Below, in pieces: positions 12,753 to 25,123 of a stretch of 64,000 nt of DNA. Each line of letters opens with the position of its first letter. Position 1 is the stretch's first letter. The notes under the pieces are model-generated. The model was not told where the DNA came from. It searched no databases and worked only from the letters and a program-made list of their open reading frames with translations. Position numbers and translations under genes: made by a program. The DNA is taken from assembly GCA_964035545.1 (NCBI GenBank), contig OZ037768.1, positions 8,092,741 to 8,156,740 of the forward strand, given 5' to 3'. Source of the stretch: Bugula neritina (Eukaryota; Animalia; Bryozoa).

Positions 12753-13586
12753 GCATAGAAAAATTGAGTTGGTGTGCAGCATCTGTTCTCTAAGCATAGG
12801 CATCTGTGCTGTCAGAGTTGCTATGAAAAAACTTATTCAAGTTGAATAATGTTTAATTCCCCATATTAAAATTCATCATGCATTGGATTAAATGTACGTT
12901 TTTGTTTTGTTTACAATTTTATATAGTCTCACTGGTTATAGAATTAAAAATTTTATGCACCTATATATTTGTTTATGGTGAAAATATCTTTAAACTCTCC
13001 AAATAAAAATTATTAGTTTTCAGATTCATCAAAGGTTATAATTATTTTTAGATCTAGGCCTATAGTAATAAGTTATATTAGAATAATCTGTACTATAGCT
13101 TAGGTTGTCTACACAGACTTTATTCTAACAAAAATGGCAATTTTGACAACAAAATATGCTGACATAGACGATCAAGCAGTATAATATTAAATTGGAAAAT
13201 TAAACAGCTATGAATACGGTTAATTATGTTGCAGAGTTCAAACTCCACAAACAGAATGTTACCTTCTTCAACTACAGCAAGTCCTAGCTAATGATCGTAA
13301 ACTGCAATATCTAATATTACATAAATGGAGAGCGAAAAAAATATGCTGTTACATTTTAGCTTCACCAATTTATTTATTGTAATCCTGTCATATGCAAATT
13401 ATAATGCTTACACAAACTAGCTTGGGTTTTATTCATATGGAAATAAACCTCAGTAAACACTACATATAATCATGCACTAAATTATAATTGCAGTTAAGAT
13501 AAATAGAACAGAACATACTTATGTTGATCACAGCAGGATTATTAGAAATTACTAATAAAAACTGCTAAGTCAATTTGCTCACCTGG

Positions 13587-16500
13587 AAACACAACTAGGG
13601 GAATACCCAAATTACTACTAGAAATTGCAAACTCAATTTTTTCACCTATCACAGGAGCTTATTGGTTTTTGAAAGTTTATGCAATGTTTATGTACATTGA
13701 AATTAATAGCTGGTTTTAGTTGTGCAAGTCTTGCGTAAACACCCTGAAATGTTGAACTGGAGAAGATTTACAGCTTAGCTCACTGCATATATTTACTATT
13801 TTTGATAAAACCTATTGGTCAGGGACAACTTCAAACTTCCACATGAAAGAATTAAAACCTATCTGGAGTATTGAGTTTGGACGTTTAGTTTATACTACTT
13901 CAAATGTTCATACATGAATAGAGCACAGCTATTAATATAGTTATAGCTTTGATGAATACTGTAACTGGAGTTTTTTTTAGAATTGGTTAATCTACCAGCA
14001 GCTGGAACCATTGGCTTTTTTTCTAATCGAAGGTTAACCAAGTAGGAGTGGCCATATACCTAATCACTAGGCACATTCATCTTTGTAGAAAAACCAATAA
14101 CAATACTCTCTAGTAAAGATGCCAATTGCAATCTCCCCTAGTTGGATTAGCAATGCTCCTAGTAACTATGGCAAATCTTCCTAGGGGAGATGACAATTGC
14201 AATCTCCCCTAGTGGAGATGTCAATTGCAATCTCCCCTAGTTGGATTAGCAAGGCTCCTAGCAACTATGTCAAATCTGCCTAGGGGAGATGAAAATTGCA
14301 GTCTCTCTTAGTGGAGATAGCAATTGCAATCTCCCCTAGTAGAGATGCCAATTAAAAACACAACTAGGAGAATACATAATTTACTACTAGAAATTGCAAA
14401 CTCAATTTGCTCACTCACCACAGCAGCTTATTGGTTTTTGAAAGTTTCTGCTATGTTTATGTACATTGAAATTAATAGCTGGTTTTAGTTGTGCAAGTCT
14501 TGCGTAAACACCCTGAAATGTTGAACTGGAGAAGATTTACAGCTTAGCTCACTGCATATATTTACTATTTTTGATAAAACCTATTGGTCAGGGACAACTT
14601 CAAACTTCCACATGAACGAATTAAAACCTATCTGGAGTATTGAGTTTGTACGTTTAGTTTATACTACTTCAAATGTTCATACATGAATAGAGCACAGCTA
14701 TTAATATAGTTTTAGCTTTGATGAATACTGTAACTGGAGTTTTTTTTAGAATTGGTTAATCTACCAGCAGCTGGAACCATTGGCTTTTTTTCTAATCGAA
14801 GGTTAACCAAGTAGGATTGGCCATATACCTAATCGCTAGGCACATTCATCTTTGTAGAAAAACCAATTACAATACTCTCTAGTAAAGATGCCAATTGCAA
14901 TCTCCCCTATTTGGATTAGCAAGGCTCCTAGCAACTATGCCAAATCTGCCTAGGGGAAATGAAAATTGCAGTCTCTCCTAGTGGAGATAGCAATTGCAAT
15001 CTCCCCTAGTAGAGATGCCAATTAAAAACACAACTAGGAGAATACATAATTTACTACTAGAAATTGCAAACTCAATTTTCTCACTTACCACAGCAGCTTA
15101 TTGGTTTTTGAAAGTTTATGCTATGTTTATGTACATTGAAATTAATAGCTGGTTTTAGTTGTGCAAGTCTTGCGTAAACACCCTGAAATGTTGAACTGGA
15201 GAAGATTTACAGCTTAGCTCACTGCATATATTTACTATTTTTGATAAAACCTATTGGTCAGGGACAACTTCAAACTTCCACATGAAAGAATTAAAACCTA
15301 TCTGGAGTATTGAGTTTGTACGTTTAGTTTATACTACTTCAAATGTTCATACATGAATAGAGCACAGCTATTAATATAGTTTTAGCTTTGATGAATACTG
15401 TAACTGGAGTTTTTTTTTATTTTAGAATTGGTTAATCTACCAGCAGCTGGAACCATTGGCTTTTTTTCTAATCGAAGGTTAACCAAGTAGGATTGGCCAT
15501 ATACCTAATCACTAGGCACATTCATCTTTGTAGAAAAACCAATTACAATACTCTCTAGTAAAGATGCCAATTGCAATCTCCCCTATTTGGATTAGCAAGG
15601 CTCCTAGCAACTATGCCAAATCTGCCTAGGGGAGATAAAAATTGCAGTCTCTCCTAGTGGAGATAGCAATTGCAATCTCCCCTAGTTGGATTAGCAAGGC
15701 TCCTAGCAACTATGTCAAATCTGCCTAGAGGAGATGAAAATTGCAGTCACTCCTAGTGGAGATAGCAATTGCAATCTCTCCTAGTAGAGATGCCAATTAA
15801 AAACACAACTGGGAGAATACATAGTTTACTACTAGAAATTGCAAACTCAATTTTCTCACTCACCACAGCAGCTTATTGGTTTTTGAAAGTTTATGCTATG
15901 TCTATGTACATTGAAATTAATAGCTGGTTTTAGTTGTGCAAGTCTTGCGTAAACACCCTGAAATGTTGAACTGGAGAAGATTTACAGCTTAGCTCACTGC
16001 ATATATTTACTATTTTTGATAAAACCTATTGGTCAGGGACAACTTCAAACTTCCACATGAAAGAATTAAAACCTATCTGGAGTATTGAGTTTGTACGTTT
16101 AGTTTATACTACTTCAAATGTTCATACATGAATAGAGCACAGCTATTAATATAGTTATAGCTTTGATGAATACTGTAACTGGAGTTTTTTTTTAGAATTG
16201 GTTAATCTCCCAGCAGCTGGAATCATTGGCTTTTTTTCTAATCGAAGGTTAACCAAGTAGGATTGGCCATATACCTAATCACTAGGCACATTCATCTTTG
16301 TAGAAAAACCAATTACAATACTCTCTAGTAAAGATGCCAATTGCAATCTCCCCTAGTTGGATTAGCAAGGCTCCTAGCAACTATGCCAAATCTGCCTAGG
16401 GAAGGTGACAATTGCAATCTCCCCTAGTGGAGATGTCAATTGCAATCTCCCCTAGTTGGATTAGCAAGGCTCCTAGCAACTATGCCAAATCTGCCTAGGG

Positions 16501-19500
16501 GAGATGAAAATTGAAGTCTCTCCTAGTGGAGATAGCAATTGCAATCTCCCCTAGTAGAGATGCCAATTAAAAACACAACTAGGAGAATACATAATTTACT
16601 TCTAGAAATTGCAAACTCAATTTTTTCACTTACCACAGCAGCTTATTGGTTTTTGAAAGTTTATGCTATGTTTATGTACATTGAAATTAATAGCTGGTTT
16701 TAGTTGTGCAAGTCTTGCGTAAACACTTTGAAATGTTGAACTGGAGAAGATTTACAGCTTAGCTCACTGCATATATTTACTATTTTTGATAAAACCTATT
16801 GGTCAGGGACAACTTCAAACTTCCACATGAAAGAATTAAAACCTATCTGGAGTATTGAGTTTGTACGTTTAGTTTATACTACTTCAAATGTTCATACATG
16901 AATAGAGCACAGCTATTAATATAGTTATAGCTTTGATGAATACTGTAACTGGAGTCTTTTTTTAGAATTGGTTAATCTACCAGCAGCTGGAACCATTGGC
17001 TTTTTTTCCAATCGAAGGTTAACCAAGTAGGATTGGCCATATACCTAATCACTAGGCACATTCATCTTTGTAGAAAAACCAATTACAATACTCTCTAGTA
17101 AAGATGCCAATTGCAATCTCCCCTAGTTGGATTAGCAAGGCTCCTAGCAACTATGCCAAATCTGCCTAGGGGAGATGACAATTGCAATCTCCCCTAGTGG
17201 AGATGTCAATTGCAATCTCCCCTAGTTGGATTAGCAAGGCTCCTAGCAACTATGCCAAATCTGCCTAGGGGAGATGAAAATTGAAGTCTCTCCTAGTGGA
17301 GATAGCAATTGCAATCTCCCCTAGTAGAGATGCCAATTAAAAACACAACTAGGAGAATACATAATTTACTTCTAGAAATTGCAAACTCAATTTTTTCACT
17401 TACCACAGCAGCTTATTGGTTTTTGAAAGTTTATGCTATGTTTATGTACATTGAAATTAATAGCTGGTTTTAGTTGTGCAAGTCTTGCGTAAACACTTTG
17501 AAATGTTGAACTGGAGAAGATTTACAGCTTAGCTCACTGCATATATTTACTATTTTTGATAAAACCTATTGGTCAGGGACAACTTCAAACTTCCACATGA
17601 AAGAATTAAAACCTATCTGGAGTATTGAGTTTGTACGTTTAGTTTATACTACTTCAAATGTTCATACATGAATAGAGCACAGCTATTAATATAGTTATAG
17701 CTTTGATGAATACTGTAACTGGAGTCTTTTTTTAGAATTGGTTAATCTACCAGCAGCTGGAACCATTGGCTTTTTTTCTAATCGAAGGTTAACCAAGTAG
17801 GATTGGCCATATACCTAATCACTAAGCACATTCATCTTTGTAGAAAAACCAATTACAATACTCTCTAGTAAAGATGCCAATTGCAATCTCCCCTAGTTGG
17901 ATTAGCAAGGCTCCTAGCAACTATGCCAAATCTGCCTAGGGGAGATGACAATTGCAATCTCCCCTAGTGGAGATGTCAATTGCAATCTCCCCTAGTTGGA
18001 TTAGCAAGGCTCCTAGCAACTATGCCAAATCTGCCTAGGGGAGATGAAAATTGAAGTCTCTCCTAGTGGAGATAGCAATTGCAATCTCCCCTAGTAGAGA
18101 TGCCAATTAAAAACACAACTAGGAGAATATATAATTTACTACTAGAAATTGCAAACTCAATTTTCTCACTCACCACAGCAGCTTATTGGTTTTTGAAAGT
18201 TTATCCTATGTCTATGTACATTGAAATTAATAGCTGGTTTTAGTTGTGCAAGTCTTGCGTAAACACCCTGAAATGTTGAACTGGAGAAGATTTACAGCTT
18301 AGCTCACTGCATATATTTACTATTTTTGATAAAACCTATTGGTCAGGGACAACTTCAAACTTCCACATGAAAGAATTAAAACCTATCTGGAGTATTGAGT
18401 TTGTACGTTTAGTTTATACTACTTCAAATGTTCATACATGAATAGAGCACAGCTATTAATATAATTATAGCTTTGATGAATACTGTAACTGGATTTTTTT
18501 TTTAGAATTGGTCAATCTACCAGCAGCTGGAACCATTGGCTTTTTTTCTAATCGAAGGTTAACCAAGTAGGATAGGCCATATACCTAATCACTAGGCACA
18601 TTCATCTTTGTAGAAAAACCAATTACAATACTCTCTAGTAAAGATGCCAATTGCAATCTCCCCTAGTTGGATTAGCAAGGCTCCTAGCAACTATGCCAAA
18701 TCTGCCTAGGGAGATGACAATTGCAGTCTCCCCTAGTGAAGATAACAATTGCAATCTCCCCTAGTAGAGATGCTAATTAGAAACACAACTAAGAGAATAC
18801 ATAGTTTACTACTAGAATTTGCAAACTCAATTTTCTCACCTACCACAGCAGCTTATTGGTTTTTGAAAGTTTATGCTATGTGCATGTACATTGAAATGAA
18901 CATCTGGTTTTAGTTGTGCCAGTCTTGCATAAACACCATAAAATGCTGGACTGGAAAGAATTCACAGCTTAGCTCACTGCATATTTTTATTATTTTTGAT
19001 AATACAAACTTTCACATAAAATAATTATGAACATCATATAATTAAAACCTTTTAGGAGTGTAGAGTTTGTACGTTTAGTTCATACTACTTCAAATGTTCA
19101 TACATGAATAGAGCATAGCAATTAATATAGCTATAGCTTAGACTATTACTGTAATTTTTTGTTTGGAATTGGATATTCCACCAGCAGAGGTAACAATTGG
19201 CTTTTTTTCTAATTGAAGGTTTTCCATATACCTAATCACTAGGCACATTCATCTTTGTAGAAAAACCAATTACAATACTCTCTAGTAGAGATGTCAATTG
19301 CAATCTCCCCTAGTTGGATTAGCAATGCTCCTAGTAACTATGCCAAATCTGCCTAGGGGAGATGACAATTGCAGTTTCTCCTAGTGGAGATGCCAATTGT
19401 GATCTCCCTTAGTTGGATTAGCAATGCTCCTAGCAACTATGCCAATTCTGCCTAGGAGAGATGAAAATTGTGGTATTCCCTAGTGGGGATGCTAATTGCA

Positions 19501-19623
19501 ATTTTCCCTAGTAGAGATGCTAATTAAAAACCCAAAATTATAGGAGAATATATAATTTACTACTAGAAATTGTAAACTTAATTTGCTCACCTGCCACAAC
19601 AGCTTATCGGGTTTTTGAAAGTT
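13587..19623. repeat. Tandem array of ~8 units of 670-775 bp with internal 99-bp and 28-bp palindromic sub-repeats
   Basis: The anchor aaacacaact recurs at 13587, 14356, 15026, 15801, 16571, 17341, 18111, 18781 (variant at ~19528). The 670-bp units lack one 99-bp module. Central units are nearly identical; edge units are more diverged. Confidence 0.97.
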
Positions 19624-20454
19624 AACCTCTTTTTCACTCTCAAGCAGCAATAGGTCACAGAAGAAACTGTTATCAGGAGATGGCACTGTAAAATGAACTG
19701 CCAACCACTTTACAATCAGTCTGTAACTCTATATAATAAATTTGTAGAAAGTTGAGGCTTCACCTGTTGGAATAGCTATTGTTGTCTGTGCGTTTTGTAT
19801 CAGGTATAGGCTTGTTGTCAGCTTGTATCTGCTTGCGTTATAGGTTATAGTGCAATGGGCTTCATCATAGCCTTCTTAACTTTTTGCACTTAATGTCTTG
19901 GTTTGTTAATATAATGATGAAACAAATAAATGTAAATAATTTAATATCTAGTGAGCTGTTGCCGTCTATAATAAGATATAGGCCTAATAATAATAATCTA
20001 ATAGTAGTAAATCTCTCTCAATATTAATTCATAAAAACTCAAGTCAGTTTTTTTGCTGGTTTAGTGAAAGATTGAATGTTGATATATTAAGTTTTACAAA
20101 AAATAATATTCTATATTAATTTAAATACATCATAAATTGCTTTTTTGAAAGTAGTTTGTATAATTTATACTTGATAATTGGAAATTTTTAACTTTTTTTC
20201 AATAATATCTAGCAAAAATACTAACATCTTATAAATATAATATATGAACTAATAAATACAATTCTAAAAACTAAATATTATATGTACAGGCTCGTTACAT
20301 GTATCTTTGACATATTGTGCTATATGTATTTACATTTTGATAAAGCTTTCATATGTTATTAGAAAGCAAATTATATGTAAATAGTGCACACAAAAGTGAT
20401 GTTGAATTAATTTTAGATGCCAAGAAAATGATTGGCTGCAAGACAATTAACTGG

Positions 20455-20549
20455 GCATCTACATGTACAGCACCTATATGTACAGCATCAACATGTACAA
20501 CATTGACATGTACAGCACTTACATTCACAGCATCTACATGTTTTACAGC
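20455..20549. repeat. 15-bp minisatellite (gcatctacatgtaca-like) x~6
   Basis: Directly visible; it produces the repetitive ORFs at 20349-20657. Confidence 0.85.
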
Positions 20550-20669
20550 ACAATACTGGAAGCTAATTATCAGTGGATACATAAATATGACAAGTTAAAG
20601 AGCCATCCTTACAAGAACAGCTTTTCTCAGGATACTTTGAATAATGCTGCCTTATAGCAGGCAGCCTTT

Positions 20670-21483
20670 TAATGATAATTAAATATCCAATTGGTGACCG
20701 CAAATACACATATTACCATAATTGATAGTATTTCTCTTCATTTAATAGTTTGTAGACTTCGTCATCAAATAATTGAATAATTGAATTGATGATCTCATTT
20801 CGAATTATACATTTCCTGTTCAAAATTAACTGAAAACATATTCAATATGCCAGTTTTGGCGAATCAACCGTGCCATGTGTATGGATTCAATTTGTTGCTA
20901 ATCACTTGATGAATCTTGATGCTTAAAGTGAGACTCTCATTGCTGTATTTTAGCACTACTTGTGACTGACATTGGTTAAACGCTGTATAAATGCTGGTAA
21001 TTCTGTCTGCTATTTCAAGTTTTCCACTCGCACCATCACACAAATTTACAGACACATATTGTGAGTGTTTGTGCTCTAAAATTTCTTCAGTAAACTTGCA
21101 GCCATCTTGAGTAACGTCTAGGAAGCTTTCTATTGGCTCTGTTTTGTTGCAGTATTTCACAGTAAAACCCGCTGCTATGATTGGTTTACTTCTTCTAAGT
21201 TGTAAGGTTATTGGATAAATACCAGATGCTGATATTATAATCTGTATTACTAAGCTATCAATAGAGTTTTTCCTTATAGCTTTTTTAAAATTATTCATCT
21301 TTTTACAACTTGTTAAAATATTATCAAAATGGTAGTTTGACTTCAACACTGCTCTTGCTTCTACGGTACAGCACTCACACTCATCTCAAGAAAATACCTT
21401 CCCTGATTATAAAGTTGAAAAGCATAGATATATTTTAGACAGGTAATAAGCCAGTACAAAGTTACAGATGTTTCACAAATCAT
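20670..21483 (-). pseudogene. ADAM pseudogene C (signal peptide + prodomain, degenerate start of the metalloprotease domain, 3' part missing)
   Basis: ATG at 21483 gives MICETSVTLYWLITCLKYIYA and then a stop. ORF 20864-21349 is clearly paralogous to the gene D prodomain (GIYPITLQLRRSKPIIAAGF...GCKF...VNLCDG). Frameshifted remnants resembling RFxK, IE and SSIQ-x10-NE continue to ~20670. Confidence 0.8.
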
Positions 21484-21915
21484 ACTGTTATTGTACTATA
21501 TAATATACAGACAAAAGCAATAATTCGTAGATCATCGATAACTCAAGGTCCAACAATTATTTAGACATTTGTAGAAGCAATGAAATGTGTAGATTTCACA
21601 CTATTAATCAGGTTGTGGTTTGTAGATTGAGTATTTTCCCTATGCTTATTGCAAAAATTATCTTCCAAATCATCCAAAAAAATTTAGGTATATCAACAAG
21701 AAAAAATAAATAATCAATAACTTTTTCAGCATTGGGAAATAGCACAACAGTACATTATCGCAAATAAAATGACTCATCTATAATAAAAATTTATTAATTT
21801 TAGTATAACACAATGAATTTTCACTGACTTTGAAGCTCATAAAACAATGATACACTGCAGTGGATACAAATAAGTTATTAGTACAGAACTGGTTTCACTT
21901 CATATACTTTTCTTG

Positions 21916-24900
21916 TCAAATACCATGAACTATAGTAGGTTGAGTTTTTCTGCGTTTGGAAATTGCCAGAATACCTGTAAATTGTCATCAGTTTATTTTA
22001 TTATAATAGCTCCTGTTGTTGGGATAATTTAAACTAAACAAATTAGTATATGCATCAGAATCTAGCTAAGAGATAAATGATGCTAGAGTTTTATATTACA
22101 ATGTATTTGCATACGGTTGAGGGTTGGTGGAGTTATTCTGTTTCATATAATATAGTTAACTCTTGACATATTTTAGTTTTAAATAAAGCTGACAACATAA
22201 AAATAGATTAATCAAAAACATATATTTAAACTTGATAAGCTATATACATATGTGCATGTGTGTGTTATACACGTGTGTGTTATACATGTGTGTGTTACAT
22301 GTGTGTGTTACATGTGTGTTACATGTGTGTGTTACATGTGTGTGTTACATGTGTGTGTTACATGTGTGTGTTACATGTGTGTGTTATACATGTGTGTGTT
22401 ACATGTGTGTTACATGTGTGTGTTACATGTGTGTGTTACATGTGTGTGTTACATGTGTGTGTTACATGTGTGTGTTACATGTGTGTGTTACATGTGTGTG
22501 TTACATGTGTGTGTTACATGTGTGTGTTACATGTGTGTGTTATACATGTGTGTGTTACATGTGTGTGTTACATGTGTGTGTTACATGTGTGTGTTACATG
22601 TGTGTGTTACATGTGTGTGTTACATGTGTGTGTTACATGTGTGTGTTACATGTGTGTGTTACATGTGTGTGCATGTGTGGTGTGCAAGTGTGTGTGTGTG
22701 TGTGCAAGTGTGTGTGCAAGTGTGTGTGCAAGTGTGTGTGCAAGTGTGTGTGTGCAAGTGTGCGTGTGTGTGTGTGCGTGTGTGCCTGTGTGTGTGTATT
22801 CTGCCTACATTAGTTTTTTAAATGCTACAAAAGTATGCACACTAATTCAAACTTACTAATTATTTTAGGGTCCACAGGTTTAGGTTTTGCTGCTTTATAT
22901 TTCTTATAGCGCATCAATATTCCAAACATTGCAGAGTTAAAAATTAGCTGCAAGTACATCAAATAATGGAAATCATTAAAGTCAATTCAATTGTAAATAA
23001 GTAAGAGCGTTGCAAATAACTGCTATTCTAGAAAAATAATTTGTTGTATACATCTTTTAAAAGTCTTTATGGAATTAAGTTCGCAAGTAAGTACTTGAAA
23101 CAAGCAGTAACAAATGTATGCATGTAAAACAAAATATTAGTTTAAACAGTTTCCAATTGCTCACTTTTATTTATTTTATATTTCTCATTAGCTATCTGTA
23201 ACTAGATATGTGGTCTATTTGCAACTTAAGTATAAAATGTGAAATTAATGTGCGTTTAAAAAAAGCATCTCTATAGTATTGGTTTCTAACTAATTTTTAC
23301 ATTTTTTTGTAATAAATAAAAGTTTGCGTCTTTTGTTTTTTAACACCAAAGGGGCTTATACAATAACATTTATGTTTATATAAAAGTTAATTATTCTGAT
23401 TCCTAATTTTTTTAAAACATGTATGTCAAAATTATGAAAACCTATGAAGAAATGTAGGTAATCCCTTAGTAACAACTGTTTAGTGCAAATTTTTAATGTC
23501 TAGTGAGTTTTTTTATTTTAAAATAAGTTTTTACATAGATATTTTGGTACAGCTACTATGTATCAGATTCTTTACAACTTAGCAATTATTTTATTATTTT
23601 ACATACTTAGAAGAACAAGAATTATTTTACTTACCCCAACAAGAACAACTCCAACCACTTGGTTTCTATTAAACATAAATTTATCTGTTTGAGTTCCATT
23701 TGAATCATTGCAAGTACTGTTTGCTCTGCTGCTATTATAACTGATGCTACTGTTCTCAGCATTGATTGGCTGTTCACTGTCACTGAGATGTTCATTGACT
23801 TTGATACACTTGGAGTCAACACACATCCTGTTTGTACCACACGAGGCACCATTGGGAACTTGGCCTATGTCTTCTTCTTTAGTGCCGACTGGAAATATTC
23901 AGCAATGTGTATATACACATAGACACACACACACACGCACACACACGCACACACGCACACACACGCACACACACGCACACACACACGCACACACGCACAC
24001 ACACGCACACACACGCACACACACACGCACACACACGCACACACACGCACACACACGCACACACACGCACACACACACACATACACACGCACACACACAC
24101 ATTGTTATCAATAAATGTGATATTATTTTGTTTCAAAGCATAATGTAAAACCGATTGTAATTTGTAACTTAGCCAAGTGCCATAAATTCTATAATACTCA
24201 TATATTGCTATATTTTTAAAGGAAAATTTATTAGTAGATTAAGTTTTGGCAGAAAGCAGTGGCATGTTCTTGATGTATAAAAGTTGAAATTATTTTTTCA
24301 ATGCAAAATTCTCCAATATGAAGGGCCAAACGGTAAACAATTCATTGAAATGTCTATTTAATAGACATTGATATGATCCTTGAAAACCTGCCTTTCTCTC
24401 TTAATGCTACTTTATAAGTTTTATTCTATGTTTTAAGCACTCACCATTAAATCGATGTTGGCCCAGGCAAACATGCTTGTAAACGGAGTACTTGAACTTG
24501 TTGATTAGTCCGTGTAAATAATAAGACTGTAGAGTTGCGAAACGCACATGATAACAGTGCAGTGATCCGCATAATGCATCTGATTTACTTTTACAACTGC
24601 CGTATTCTATTTTAGGCTTTTCATTGTTAGTTTCTTTTAATTTCCAACCACAGTTCCCTTGCTTTAGGCCTAAAATAGTTGCAAAGTTAACTATATTGCA
24701 TCGGCTAAAAGTACCATAAATTAGCGTATAGACGTATATCTAATCAACACATATCATATGGACAAACCTAATTTAATTAAATTAGCAATATTTACCAAGG
24801 TTCTATTTGCAGGCACATAAAAAGCGCTAGAAAAAAATTATTGCTATCAACTTTAAAACAAAAAAAATAATTTCAAACACGGAGAAGCGTAGTAGATTTT

Positions 24901-25074
24901 TCCAAAAATATAAATAACAGTGATTATAGAGACTCTATCATGTGGCTTTTATTAATTCGTACCCATATCTACCTAGTACCTACACACCTACATTCTTACA
25001 TACTTATATAGCTGTATACCTATTTCTCCATATGCCTGTATACTTTTTATCTGTATATATACAGATATATATAC

Positions 25075-25123
<49 letters not shown>

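Noticed and set aside
13587-19623. CRISPR-like array (palindromic repeats next to an integrase-type gene)
   Set aside because: The sequences between the palindromes are themselves repeated rather than unique spacers, there are no cas genes, and the context is eukaryotic.
13587-19623. Tandem rRNA, snRNA, tRNA or histone gene array
   Set aside because: No recognisable 5S, U-snRNA, SL RNA or tRNA sequence and no long ORF in the unit; an Infernal/Rfam scan would be the definitive test.
20349-20657. Short repetitive ORFs (VHVDA/CTAST repeats)
   Set aside because: Products of a 15-bp minisatellite; no splice or homology support.
6380-20900. Terminal inverted repeats or target-site duplication defining an autonomous Ginger/Maverick-type element
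   Set aside because: None found by eye at plausible boundaries, and no other element genes (polymerase, ATPase, capsid, RT) are present.
5399-21483. Pseudogenes C (prodomain) and B (metalloprotease onward) as two halves of one gene split by the island
   Set aside because: The ends look complementary, but C appears to continue in frameshifted form through its own RFxK, IE and SSIQ-x10-NE remnants to ~20670, overlapping what B encodes. Two separate paralogs is the better reading; a codon-aware alignment would settle it.
22232-24148. Cys/Val- and His/Thr-rich ORFs (up to ~199 aa)
   Set aside because: Translations of intronic mini- and microsatellites, open in several frames.
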